A program made the translations under genes and the position numbers. A stretch of DNA of 51,959 nt, the filler included, from Sphyrna mokarran (lineage: Eukaryota): assembly GCA_024679065.1 (NCBI GenBank). It is 2 parts of 2 records of this genome, joined end to end, with 100 filler letters (N's around TTAATTAATTAA, not from the genome) between each part and the next. Parts side by side here need not be neighbours in the genome. Positions count along the whole stretch, not along the records: positions 1 to 21,911 come from JAGIQG010000609.1; 1 more part is not named here. One strand, written 5' to 3'. Below, piece after piece: positions 1 to 21,572 of the stretch. The notes beneath the pieces are model-generated. The model was given only the letters and a program-made list of their open reading frames with translations, searched no databases and had not been told where the DNA came from. How positions within the stretch are numbered: position 1 is the first letter of the stretch; each line of letters opens with the position of its first letter.

Positions 1-655
1 CAGAGGCTCTGCAATCTCCTCTCTTGCCTCCCAGAGAATTCTAGGGTAAATCCCGTCCGGCCCAGGGGACTTATCCAACTTCAAACCCTCGAGAATATCT
101 AGCACATCCTCCCTATCTACTTCGATACTTTCCAGTTTGCTACCCTGTACCTCAGTGTTCTCCATAACTACATTTACATCACCCTGCGTGAATACCGAAG
201 AGAAATATTTATTCAGTGCCTCTCCAATCTCTTCAGGCTCCACGCACAACTTCCCACTGCTGTCTATGACTGGCCCTAATCTTGCCCTAACCAATCTTCT
301 ATTCTTAACATATCTAAAGAAAGCTTTAGGATTCTCCTTAATCCTATCAGCCAAAGTCTTCTCGTGTCCTCTCTTAGCTCTCCTCAATTCACTCTTTAGC
401 TCCCTCCTGGCTAATCTATAGCTATCCATTGCACTAACCGAGCCTTCAAGCCTCATCCTGACATAAGCCTCCTTTTTCCTTTTAACCAGCAAATTAACTT
501 TTTTCGTACACCAAGGTTCTCTTACTCGACCATTTCCTCCTTGCCTGACAGGGACATACTTATCAAGGACTCGCAGCAGCTGCTCCTTGAATAAGCTCCA
601 CATTCCAGATGTTCCCAGTCCCTGTAGTTTCCAGTCCAATCTATGCACCCTAAGA
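1..655 (-). mobile_element. CR1-type LINE ORF2 fragment (between endonuclease and RT domains)
   Basis: Near-identical to 51117-51770, which on the minus strand encodes CR1 ORF2 (RRAKRGHEKTLADRIKENPKAF...). Ends abruptly where the satellite begins. Confidence 0.9.
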
Positions 656-671
656 GTGCATACAGAGAAAT

Positions 672-2207
672 ATACAGAGTAAAGCTCCCTCTACACTGTC
701 CCCCCCCCATCAAACACTCCCAGGACGGTACAGCACGGGGTTAGATACAGAGTAAAGCTCCCTCTACACTGTCCCCCCCATCAAACACTCCCAGGACAGG
801 TACAGCACGGGGTTAGATACAGAGTAAAGCTCCCTCTACACTGTCCCCCATCAAACACTCCCAGGACAGGTACAGCACGGGGTTAGATACAGAGTAAAGC
901 TCCCTCTACACTGTCCCCCATCAAACACTCCCAGGACAGGTACAGCACGGGGTTAGATACAGAGTAAAGCTCCCTCTACACTGTCCCCCCATCAAACACT
1001 CCCAGGACAGGTACAGCACGGGGTTAGATACAGAGTAAAGCTCCCTCTACACTGTCCCCCCATCAAACACTCCCAGGACAGGTACAGCACGGGGTTAGAT
1101 ACAGAGTAAAGCTCCCTCTACACTGTCCCCCCATCAAACACTCCCAGGACAGGTACAGCACGGGGTTAGATACAGAGTAAAGCTCCCTCTACACTGTCCC
1201 CGCCATCAAACACTCCCAGGACAGGTACAGCACGGGGTTAGATACAGAGTAAAGCTCCCTCTACACTGTCCCCCCATCAAACACTCCCAGGACAGGTACA
1301 GCACGGGGTTAGATACAGAGTAAAGCTCCCTCTACACTGTCCCCCCATCAAACACTCCCAGGACAGGTACAGCACGGGGTTAGATACAGAGTAAAGCTCC
1401 CTCTACACTGTCCCCCCATCAAACACTCCCAGGACAGGTACAGCACGGGGTTAGATACAGAGTAAAGCTCCCTCTACACTGTCCCCCCATCAAACACTCC
1501 CAGGACAGGTACAGCACGGGGTTAGATACAGAGTAAAGCTCCCTCTACACTGTCCCCCCATCAAACACTCCCAGGACAGGTACAGCACGGGGTTAGATAC
1601 AGAGTAAAGCTCCCTCTACACTGTCCCCCCATCAAACACTCCCAGGACAGGTACAGCACGGGGTTAGATACAGAGTAAAGCTCCCTCTACACTGTCCCCC
1701 ATCAAACACTCCCAGGACAGGTACAGCACGGGGTTAGATACAGAGTAAAGCTCCCTCTACACTGTCCCCACATCAAACACTCCCAGGACAGGTACAGCAC
1801 GGGGTTAGATACAGAGTAAAGCTCCCTCTACACTGTCCCCCATCAAACACTCCCAGGACAGGTACAGCACGGGGTTAGATACAGAGTAAAGCTCCCTCTA
1901 CACTGTCCCCCCATCAAACACTCCCAGGACAGGTACAGCACGGGGTTAGATACAGAGTAAAGCTCCCTCTACACTGTCCCCATCAAACACTCCCAGGACA
2001 GGTACAGCACGGGGTTAGATACAGAGTAAAGCTCCCTCTACACTGTCCCCATCAAACACTCCCAGGACAGGTACAGCACGGGGTTAGATACAGAGTAAAG
2101 CTCCCTCTACACTGTCCCCCATCAAACACTCCCAGGACAGGTACAGCACGGGGTTAGATACAGAGTAAAGCTCCCTCTACACTGTCCCCCCCATCAAACA
2201 CTCCCAG
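672..2207 (+). repeat. ~70-bp tandem satellite (~22 copies), C-rich on + strand
   Basis: Unit gatacagagtaaagctccctctacactgtcccc(c)atcaaacactcccaggacaggtacagcacggggtta; period 70 seen between 841 and 911; units vary mainly in C-run length. Confidence 0.97.
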
Positions 2208-2830
2208 GGTTCAGTTTCTGGTCAATTGTTTGCAGCGGAATTGTCAAGTTGAGCTACTATTGTCTCTGTTTGACTGGAAGGAAATATGAGCAAAGAAGTG
2301 AATGAGAGCCAGATACTGTGACCACCCACGGTAAACAGGATGTCCTGTGCCCAGCGAGGGAGAGTCATGTGGAAAGTTGTTTTTTAAATTCAGCGCGGTT
2401 TTTGTATTCGGGGTCTCAATCGCTGCTTCTGACACGCAGATGTCTCAGGCCCCCAGCCACCTGTCCCTTCGCTCCGCGTCACCCGCGTTGTTATAAATAT
2501 CGCAGCGCAAACCACTTCCTGATCTATCACTTTCGCACAACCTCCCCCACCACAGCAGGTCAGAGAGAGCGGCCGAAGCAACCCCTCTCACACACACACA
2601 CACTCACACAGGGGAATTTAACACGCCAACTCCTGGGTCAGCGAGTGTATGTCACAATTGAGGCTAAGAGCAACACCGCAATGGAGTTACTGTGTAACGG
2701 CACCCCCCCCCCCACCCCCCCAGCTCGGGAGGGGGAATTTTGCGCGGCCCCCATGCGCCCCCAACCCGCGCGGAGTGTCGGATGAAAGCCGAGCACCCGG
2801 GGTGAAATCTGCAGGCGTTTGTGGAAGGAT
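2208..2830. promoter_or_regulatory. CpG-rich unique island ~5 kb upstream of AICDA; candidate enhancer/promoter
   Basis: E-boxes CAGATG 2437 and CACCTG 2458, TATAAAT 2492, ETS/PU.1-like CACTTCCT 2513, kB-like GGGGAATTT at 2611 and 2732. Motif evidence only. Confidence 0.3.
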
Positions 2831-2832
2831 AT

Positions 2833-3335
2833 ATCGGCCTCGGAGCGGGTGCAGAGAAGGTTGACCAGGCTGATACCGGAGATGAAGGGGTTAGCTGATG
2901 CGGAGAGGTTGAATAGAAACGGGTGTGTACTCGTTGGACGCTGAGGGGGGGATCTTATAGAGACTTACAAGATAATGGAGGGGATGGATAGCGTAGAGGT
3001 AGAGAGATTCTTCCCGCTTAGAAAGGGTAGCAGGACTACAGGGAACAGCTTCAAAATAAGGGGGGTGTAGTTTAGATCGGAGTTGAGGAGGGACTTCTTC
3101 GCTCAAAGGATGGTGAATCTCTGGAATTCTCTGCCCGTTGAAGTGGTGGAGGCTCCCTCGCTGAATATATTGAAGTCACGGGTAGATAGGTTTCTGACAG
3201 ACACGGGAATTAAGGGGGAGAAAGCGGGAAAGTGGGAACTGATCCACTTCAGATCAGCTGTGATCTTATTGAACGGCCGGGCAGGCTCGAGGGGCTGGAC
3301 GGGCCGACTCCCGCTCCGATTTCTTATGTTCTTGT
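2833..3335 (+). mobile_element. CR1 LINE 3' end fragment
   Basis: Translates to a CR1 ORF2 C-terminus (RRDFFAQRMVNLWNSLP); ends in a ttcttatgttct-type tail. Confidence 0.85.
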
Positions 3336-3810
3336 CATGTGCAGACTCCACACAGACAGTGACCTGAGCCCGGAATTGAACCTGGGTCCCTGGCGCTGTG
3401 AGACAGCAGTGCTAACCCACTGTGTCACCGTGACCCCCCCCCGGGAATCGAACCCGGGTCCCTGACACTGTGAGACAGCAGTGCGAACCCACTGTGTCAC
3501 CCCGGGAATCGAACCCGGGTCCCTGGCGCTGTGAGACAACAGTGCTAACCCACTGTGTCACCCCGGGAATCGAACCCGGGTCCCTGGCGCTGTGGGACAG
3601 CAGTGCTAACCCACTGTGTCACCCCGGGAATCGAACCCGGGTCCCTGGCGCTGTGAGACAGCAGTGCTAACCCACTGTGTCACCCTGGGAATCGAACCCG
3701 GGTCCCTGGCGCTGTGAGACAGCAGTGCTAACCCACTGTGTCACCCCGGGAATCGAACCCGGGTCCCTGGCGCTGTGAGACAGCAGTGCTAACCCACTGT
3801 GTCACCGTGA
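3336..3810 (-). repeat. Tandem array (~7 x 61 bp) of a tRNA-derived SINE head (HE1/V-SINE-like)
   Basis: Minus-strand unit ggtgacacagtgggttagcactgctgtctcacagcgccagggacccgggttcgattcccggg carries a Pol III A-box-like motif and a GGTTCGATTCC B-box. Confidence 0.88.
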
Positions 3811-3834
3811 CAGTGAGAGGGAAACAAGGAGGGA

Positions 3835-4578
3835 AAGAAGGAGATTGCATCGACTTCGGGAAGGGTAAAGGAGAACATACCCCTGTCTCCATCAACAGGG
3901 ACGGAGTAGAAAGGGTCGAGAGAGCTTCAAGGTGTCCAGATCACCCCTAACCTGTTCTGGTCCCCCCACACTATGGTTAAGAAAGCCCCCACCAACGCCT
4001 CTACTTTCTCAGGAGACTGAGGAAATTCGGCATGTCCCCTACAGACTCTCCCCGACGTTTACAGATGCCCCGTAGAAAGCGTCCTTTCTGGGTTTGTATC
4101 CCGGCTCGGTCTGGGCTCCTGCTCTGCCCCGAGACCCGCAAGGAACTACAAAAGGATGGTGAATGTAGCCCCCAATCCCATCACGCAAACCCCATCCATC
4201 GACTCCGTCTACACTTCCCGCTGCCTCGTGGGGGGAAAAGCAGCCGGCATCATCAAGGACCCCCCCACCCCCCAACACACCCCGGACATTCTCTCTCCCA
4301 CTTTCTTCCATCGGCGATAAAGATACAAAAGTCTGAGGTCCCGTTACCGACCGACTCAAGAACAGCTTCTTCCCTGCTGCTGTCAGACTTTTGAATGGAC
4401 CCACCTCGCAATTAAGCTGATCTGTCTCTGCACCCCTTGCTGTGACTGTAACACTGCATTCTGCACCCTCCCCTTTCCTTCTCTATGAATGGTATACTTT
4501 GTCTGCAAAGCACGCAAGAAAACGATATTTTTCACTGTGTGTTAATACGTGTGACAATAATAAATCAAATCAAAATCA
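3835..4578 (+). mobile_element. Rex/Babar-like LINE 3' fragment
   Basis: Degenerate RT C-terminus (...DRLKNSFFPAAVRLLN) and tail caataataaatcaaatcaaaatc; related copies at 8170-9000 and 12260-13190. Confidence 0.75.
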
Positions 4579-4604
4579 GGGCTTACAGTGAGGGGTAGGA
4601 GATT

Positions 4605-5765
4605 TAACATAGAACTTAGAACAATACAGCACAAACAGGCCCTTCGGCCCACGAGTTGCGCCGATCACATCTACCAATCCACAGACCTATCTATAACCCC
4701 CTATCCTATTCTTTTCCATATACTCATCCAGAAGTCTTTTAAAAGACCCCAGTGAGTTTGCCTCAACAACCTCCGACGGCAGTCTGTTCCATTCACTCAC
4801 CACCCTCTGAGTGAAAAACCTACCCCTGACATCTCCTTTGTATTTGCTTCCCTGCATCTTAAATCTGTGTCCTCTCGTAGTGACCATTTCAGCTCGGGGA
4901 AATAGTCTCTGAGAGTCCACCCTATCTATTCCCTCTCAACATTTTATAAACCTCTATCAGGTCGCCTCTCAACCTACGTCTCTCCAGTGAGAAGATCCCA
5001 GCTCCCTCAACCTATCTTCATAAGGCCTGCCTCCCAATCCAGGCAGCATCCTTGTAAATCTCCTCTGAACTCTCTCAATAGCCTCTACATCCTTCCTATA
5101 TGAGGCGACCAGAACTGCGCACAATACTCCAAGTGGGGTCTGACAAGAGTCTTATAGAGCTGCATCATTACCTCCTGACTCCTAAACTCAATTCCTCAAT
5201 TAATGAAGGCCAGTACACCGTACGCCTTCTTGACCACTTCCTCCACCTGCGAGGCCGATTTTAAGAGTCCTATGGACCCGGACCCCGAGATCCTTCTGCT
5301 CTACAACACAGCTAAGACTCCTACCCCTTATATTGTACTTCTTCATCCCATTATTCCTGCCAAAATGGACCACTACACATTTATCTGCGTTGAAGTCTAT
5401 CTGCCACTTCTCCGCCCAGTCTTGCATCCTGTCTATGTCCCGCTGCAACTTTTGGCATCCCTCCAGACCATCCACAACACCACCAACCTTTGTATCGTCG
5501 GCGAACTTGCTAACCCATCCCTCCACTTCCTCATCCAGGTCATTTATGAAAATGACAAACAGCGAGGGGGGTCCCAGGACAGATCCCTGGGGCACTCTGC
5601 TGCTTACCGACCCCCATGCAGAACAAGACCCATCCACAACCACTCTCTGCCTTCTGCCGGCAAGCCAGTTCTGGATCCACGAGGCCAAAGCCCCTTGGAT
5701 CCCACGCCCTCTCTCCTTCTCCAGAAGCCAATGCATGGTGGACCTTATCAAACGCCTTGCTAAAT
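4605..5765 (-). mobile_element. CR1 LINE RT/3' fragment
   Basis: ORF with VPQGSVLGP...FINDLD...SKFADDTKVGG; reverse-complement ttctatg-type tail near 4605-4625. Confidence 0.93.
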
Positions 5766-5835
5766 TTAGGAGAATTTGAGGCAGAGCATTTTTTATAAAA
5801 AGGATGATTAGGGTCTGGAGCCGGCTGCCTGGGAG

Positions 5836-6375
5836 GGTCACAGAGTCACAGAGGTTTACAGCAGGGAAACAGGTCCTTCAGCCCAACTTGTCCGTGCTGC
5901 CCCATTTTTAAACCCCCTAAGCTCATCCCAATTGCCCACATTTGCCCCATATCCCTCTATACCCATCGTACCCCCATGCAACTGCCTAAATGCTTTTTAA
6001 AAGATAAAATTGTACCCCCGCCTCTACTACTGCCTCTGGCAGCTCGTTCCAGACACTCCCCACCCTCTGGGTGAAAAAAATTGCCCCCTCTGAACCCTTT
6101 TGTATCTCTCTCCTCTCACCTTAAACCTCTAGTTTTAGACTCCCCCCTACCTTTGGGGGAAAAGATATTGACTATCTCGCTGATCTCTGCCCCCTCATTA
6201 TTTTATAGACCTCTATAAGATCACCCCTCCAGAGAAAAAAGTCCCAGTCTATCCCAGCCCGTCCTTGTAACTCAATCCACCAAGTCCCCGGCAGCATCCT
6301 AGTAAATTTTTCTGTGCTCTTTCCAGTTTAATAATATCCTTTCTATAATCGGGTGACTCAGAACTGTATGCAGAG
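5836..6375 (-). mobile_element. CR1-type LINE 3' fragment (second family)
   Basis: Highly similar to 14826-15350; degenerate CR1 ORF2 end and 3' UTR. Confidence 0.75.
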
Positions 6376-6407
6376 ACACTTGAGAGAGAGAGAGACAGAG
6401 AGGGACA

Positions 6408-7470
6408 AGAGTCCTGGGAGTGTTTGATGCAGGGACAGTGTAGAGGGAGATTTACTCTGTATCTAACCCTGTGCTGTACCTGTCCTGGGAGTGTTTGATG
6501 GGGGGACAGTGTAGAGGGAGCTTTACTCTGTATCTAACCCCGTGCTGTACCTGTCCTGGGAGTGTTTGATGGGGGAACAGTGTAGAGGGAGCTTTACTCT
6601 GTATCTAACTCCGTGCTGAACCTGTCCTGGGAGTGTTTGATGGGGGGACAGTGTAGAGGGAGCTTTACTCTGTATCTAACCCCGTGCTGTACCTGTCCTG
6701 GAGTGTTTGATGGGGAGTGTTTGTGGGGGACAGTGTAGAGGGAGCTTTACTCTGTATCTAACCCCGTGCTGTACCTGTCCTGGGATTTGATGGGGAAGTA
6801 GCTTTACTCTGTATCTAACCCGTGGTACCTGTCCTGGAGTGTTTGATGGGGGACATGTAGAGGGAGCTTTACTCTGTATCTAACCCCGTGCTGTACCTGT
6901 CCTGGGAGTGTTTGATGGGGGGACAGTGTAGAGGGAGCTTTACTCTGTATCTAACCCCGTGCTGTACCTGTCCTGGGAGTGTTTGATGGGGACAGTGTAG
7001 AGGGAGCTTTACTCTGTATCTAACCCCGTGCTGTACCTGTCCTGGGAGTGTTTGATGGGGGGACAGTGTAGAGGGAGCTTTACTCTGTATCTAACCCCGT
7101 GCTGTACCTGTCCTGGGAGTGTTTGATGGGGGACAGTGTAGAGGGAGCTTTACTCTGTATCTAACCCCGTGCTGTACCTGTCCTGGGAGTGTTTGATGGG
7201 GGACAGTGTAGAGGGAGCTTTACTCTGTATCTAACCCCGTGCTGTACCTGTCCTGGGAGTGTTTGATGGGGGACAGTGAGAGGGAGCTTTACTCTGTATC
7301 TAACCCCGTGCGTACCTGTCCGGGAGTGTTTGATGGGGGACAGTGTAGAGGGGCTTTATCTGTATCTACCCTTGCTGTCCTGTCTGGGAGTGTTTGATGG
7401 GGGACAGTGTAGAGGGAGCTTTACTCTGTATCTAACCGCTGTCCTGGGAGTGTTTGATGGGGGGGACAGC
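6408..7470 (-). repeat. ~70-bp satellite array, inverted relative to 672-2207, abutting the AICDA promoter
   Basis: Reverse complement of the same unit (gggagtgtttgatggggggacagtgtagagggagctttactctgtatctaacccc), ~15 copies. Confidence 0.95.
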
Positions 7471-7636
7471 GCAGAGCGAGTTTAAATTCCCTCCCTCTCA
7501 CCAATCAGCGATGCGGTTGTGTGTCGTTGTGGGAGGGTTTCTGTCTGATTTGAGTTGAGTTGCGGGGAACGGTTATTTCAAATCGCAGAAGTGAGGCAGG
7601 CAGAGTGAGTCATTCTGAGAGACAGTGACACATACA

Positions 7637-17007
<9,371 letters not shown>

Positions 17008-17370
17008 CCTCTCGACACCCCCCCCCTCTCCCATTTCCCCTCAAGACGTACACCAAATGGCTACTTCCTGCCCTCAGCCGGGGAGTGGCTAACTCGCTTC
17101 TGTTTGCACCTTCTCCAAACTCCGTCTCAGGTCCCTGGAGACTGCCCAGCAAGGGCTTCCGTCGCTCCTGGCAACCCCGGAGACCCAAATAGTCAACATG
17201 CACCCAACATCAGGCCGTGGGGGCTAGGCCTCAGGCTTCAAACAGACTAGGCCGAAAATGAGGCCTGGGACTTTCCTCGTGCATGCCTTGCACTTAGCAG
17301 CTCGGCAGGGCATGCAAATTCTCCAATTCAACAAAGCATTAACTCAGCAACTCCTGAACTCCTCGTGGTG

Positions 17371-17376
17371 AATAAA
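17371..17376 (+). terminator. Probable AICDA polyadenylation signal AATAAA
   Basis: First AATAAA after the stop codon, ~365 bp downstream. Confidence 0.6.
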
Positions 17377-17565
17377 ATACTTGAAGCAAATAACTGACAA
17401 TTTTTCTTGAGGTGTCAAATAGAGAAGTTATATATCTAATCGAGGGGCTCGGGGTGGTTTATATATAGAATAACAGATACCCGGGAGTGAGTTACAGACT
17501 GGAATCTAATCGAGGGGTTCGGGGTGGTTTATATACAGAACAAAGACAGTTAAATTTGCTGAGAA

Positions 17566-17571
17566 TTTATT
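17566..17571 (-). terminator. Probable polyadenylation signal of the vigilin-like gene
   Basis: TTTATT on + (AATAAA on -), ~135 bp after the stop codon at 17705-17707. Confidence 0.5.
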
Positions 17572-17704
17572 GCACGATTTGATCGGGTGTGGAAGGAGAT
17601 TGATGAGGCTTTGATAATCAGTTTTTGCAAAGTTTCTCTCAAGCTCCTTTCGCCTGCTGAGATCCATCCCCAGTTGCGAAAGGTCCATCAGTAACCCATC
17701 GACC

Positions 17705-17798
17705 TCAGAATCGCCTCTGTCCCCACACGCTGGGGGTCTTCTGACTGACAACAGTGCTAAAGGCGGGGAACTCATCTGTACTGCTGAGATCTGGTGTC

Positions 17799-17838
<40 letters not shown>

Positions 17839-20800
17839 AAGAGAGAGGGTCTGTGCCGAGCAAGCGCCGCCCTGCCCACCAGAGGGTCCATGCTGAGCGA
17901 GTGCCACCCTGCCCGCCGGAGGATCCATGCCGAGGCAGCGACGCCCTGCCCGCCGGAGGGTCCATGCCGAGGGGGGAGCGCCGCACTGAGAATGTTCAGA
18001 ATGGGTCAACATCGACACATCAATGCAGCCCCCTCACCACCTCCACCACCCCCCCACCACCCCATTCCTCATGTACCTGCTGCATATCCCACGGGGCATC
18101 TCGGACACTGAATCCCTGGATTTCTGTCCGCTCCACGTTGCTGGTTTCCGGCCTGGGAGGCGGGGTGGGACAGGCATCTACGACGTCCATGAGCTGGGTC
18201 AGCGAGCGAGGGGCCAAGGAGGGGGGAGAAACGAGAGAGAGAGAGAGAGGGGGAAGAGGGTGAGCCAAATCGCGCAGGGAACTGACTGACTATCTTCTTT
18301 GCCGCACCAGGGACATCATCACTCCTGCATCAACAGCCCAAGACAGAGGTGCAAGAAATTGGGGAGGGAGAAGGATCCCACGTGGAGCACTAGAATCAAC
18401 ACCGACTCACACCCTCCATTACCGTGTGGGAGAAGAGATGAGGGAGCCGGGTGTTTGAGGGAGGGATTGCTCGAAGTGACGATTCAGGGATCGGGGGAGG
18501 AGAGGGAGAGGCAAAGGCAAAAGGAATCCTGGCACCCTCCTCCCTCCACTACTCACATACTCCTCCTCCAGGTTCAGGAGATGGTCAGCAGCTTCTTCAA
18601 CAGCGTCCAACTGACCGGTAATGGTAACGGGACCGGCCGCTCCGAGCTCAGACTGAGGGAACTGGATCTCCACCTGTGGGGGCAGANNNNNNNNNNNNNN
18701 NNNNNNNNNNNNNNNNNNNNNNNNNNNNNNNNNNNNNNNNNNNNNNNNNNNNNNNNNNNNNNNNNNNNNNNNNNNNNNNNNNNNNNNNNNNNNNNNNNNN
18801 NNNNNNNNNNNNNNNNNNNNNNNNNNNNNNNNNNNNNNNNNNNNNNNNNNNNNNNNNNNNNNNNNNNNNNNNNNNNNNNNNNNNNNNNNNNNNNNNNNNN
18901 NNNNNNNNNNNNNNNNNNNNNNNNNNNNNNNNNNNNNNNNNNNNNNNNNNNNNNNNNNNNNNNNNNNNNNNNNNNNNNNNNNNNNNNNNNNNNNNNNNNN
19001 NNNNNNNNNNNNNNNNNNNNNNNNNNNNNNNNNNNNNNNNNNNNNNNNNNNAGGGGATGAAACAGAGAGGGAGGGGCAGACATGTTAAGCTAACTGATTG
19101 AAACAGCAAAGAACAAATTACGGAGACGGGAACTGTACACAGTGCTCCGAGTGTGGGTCTAACCGAGGGGGATAGGGAGACGGGAACTGTGCTCCGAGTG
19201 TGGGTCTAAATATAAGGAATTTGAAGCTACCTTGTAATCATCCATCACTTTGCGAATATTTTTCCCTCTTGCTCCGATAATTCGAGCACGGACGCGTGGA
19301 TCGAGTGAGATTTCTTTCGTACAAGCATCCTCAAAACCTTGTATCATTCCCAGAATCTGGGATTTCGCTGCTTCGACATTCTTCTCATATCCACTGATAG
19401 TTATCACATCCTAATCCCACACAACACGGGGTTAGATACAGAGTAAAGATCCCTCTACACTGTCCCCCCATCAAACACTCCCAGGACAGGTACAGCACGG
19501 GGTTAGATACAGAGTAAAGCTCCCTCTACACTGTCCCCACATGAAACACTCCCAGGACAGGTACAGCACAGGGTTAGATAATGATGTCTCTGTTCTCTGG
19601 ATGGGAGTTATACTCACTGGCTGTTCGGATGTGCGGTCGGGGAGTTGAATATTCACATCGTGGTCCTTGCGTATTTGTGTAATCACAGCTCCTTTCCTTC
19701 CAATTATTTTGGGGTGATGTTTGGCATCGACAGAAATTGAGACTTGGAAACTTCGTAGAACCTGAACACACGCAAGCACAGAGGGATCAAATATCCCAGA
19801 TTACAGAGATAGGGAGGGGTGCGTAGGGGGCTGGAGGAGGTTACAGAGATAGGGAGGGGGCGTAGGGTGGGCTGGAGGAGGTTACAGAGATAGGGAGGGG
19901 GTGTAGGCGAGGTGAATTTCTCACTCAGAGACTCACTCTGTCCTCCTGTTGAGCCTGAATCTCCTGCACTCTCTGTCTGAGTGCTCTCTCAGCCTCCTCC
20001 ACCCCCGGGGAGTGCCCTGTGATCTGGATAGCGTCCTGCTTCAGTTCAGGAGAGGGGACAGAGATAGTGACCTACCGAGGGAAAGAAACAGGAATCAACG
20101 GGGACACACACAGACACACACAGACACACACAGACACACACAGACACACACAGACACACACAGACACACACAGACACACATCCTACATTGTATTCGTCCA
20201 TCATTTTGCGAATGTTTGACCCTCGCTGTCCAATAATGAATCGATGGAAATGATTCGGGACGTCAACCTCAATCGATACGGGGACAAAGGCCTAGAATCA
20301 AAAACAGATCACATCCATCACCAGGACAGCACACTCCCTCACACAGCACCCTACCCCCCTCGGATAGACCCACGCTCCCTCACACAGCACCCTATCCCCC
20401 CTCGGATAGACCCACGCTCCCTCACACAGCACCCTACCCCCCTCGGATAGACCCACGCTCCCTCACACAGCACCCTACCCCCTCGGATAGACCCACGCTC
20501 CCTCACACAGCACCCTACCCCCCTCGGATAGACCCACGCTCCCTCACACAGCACCCTATCCCCCCTCGGATAGACCCACGCTCCCTCACACAGCACCCTA
20601 TCCCCCTCGGATAGACCACGCTCCCTCACACAGCACCCTATCCCCCTCGATAGACCCATTCCTACCCCCTCGGATAGACCCACGCTCCTAACAGCACCCT
20701 ACCCCCCCGGATAGACCCACGCTCCCTCACCAGCACCCTACCCCCTCGGATAGACCCTCGGATAGACCCACTCTCCTCACACAGCACCTAACCACGCTCC

Positions 20801-21537
20801 CTCACAGCACCCTACCCCCCTCGGATAGACCCACGCTCCCTCACACAGCACCCTACCCCCCTCGGATAGACCCACGCTCCCTCACACAGCACCCTACCCC
20901 CCTCGGATAGACCCACGCTCCCTCACACAGCCCGGTTGTTGTGTTCTACCCCCCCTCGGATAGACCCACGCTCCCTCCACAGCACCCTATCCCCCTCGGA
21001 TAGACCCCCGCTCCCTCACACAGCACCCTATCCCCCTCGGATAGACCCACGCTCCCTCACACAGCACCCTATCCCCCTCGGATAGACCCACGCTCCCTCA
21101 CACAGCACCCTATCCCCCTCGGATAGACCCACGCTCCCTCACACAGCACCCTATCCCCCTCGGATAGGCCCACACTGGGAGCACAGTTCCCGTCTCCCTA
21201 TACCCTCGGTTACAACCACAGTCGCAAATATATCTACATCCACAAACATTTAAGTTCTTTGTACCTTCAAGCTAGCTTCGACCCTCCTGCAATCCTCTTC
21301 CCGACCTAACAGGATGATTGTGTCAGCTCTGCGACTTTCTGTCTCACTGTCTCCTTTATGTTCCTCCTGCCCCGAACTTGGGACTTCGCTGGAACCTTGG
21401 GTTATGAGAAATAAGTTTAAATTTTCGCCGATTCCTCCAAGTAATATTCGGCGGAGGAAGCACACACACATTATATGCATTCCTGTGTTACAGGCTCTCA
21501 AGGGAGGGGCTGAATAGCCTCCTCCTGTGTAACAGGC

Positions 21538-21572
<35 letters not shown>

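Noticed and set aside
672-2207. CRISPR-like appearance of regular repeats (also 3336-3810, 13590-14670, 20328-21172)
   Set aside because: Units are contiguous with no unique spacers, there are no cas genes, and the context is vertebrate; these are satellites/minisatellites.
3336-3810. SINE-head units as genuine tRNA genes
   Set aside because: They lack a complete cloverleaf and acceptor stem, and are attached to SINE body sequence.
6690-6860. Deletion-riddled units in the middle of arrays (also ~10720-10960 and ~20620-20800) as possible AID-induced damage
   Set aside because: Scattered 1-3-nt deletions in array interiors are typical of unpolished long-read or gap-filled consensus.
17312-17319. 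Perfect octamer ATGCAAAT in the AICDA 3' UTR (another at 22462)
   Set aside because: Single 8-mers are expected by chance in 52 kb; no supporting context.
17506-18018. 170-aa minus-strand ORF
   Set aside because: Wrong frame over the last vigilin exon, plus intronic repeats and a (CT)n tract.
18299-19109. Long ORFs containing X runs
   Set aside because: Artefacts of translating through the N gap.
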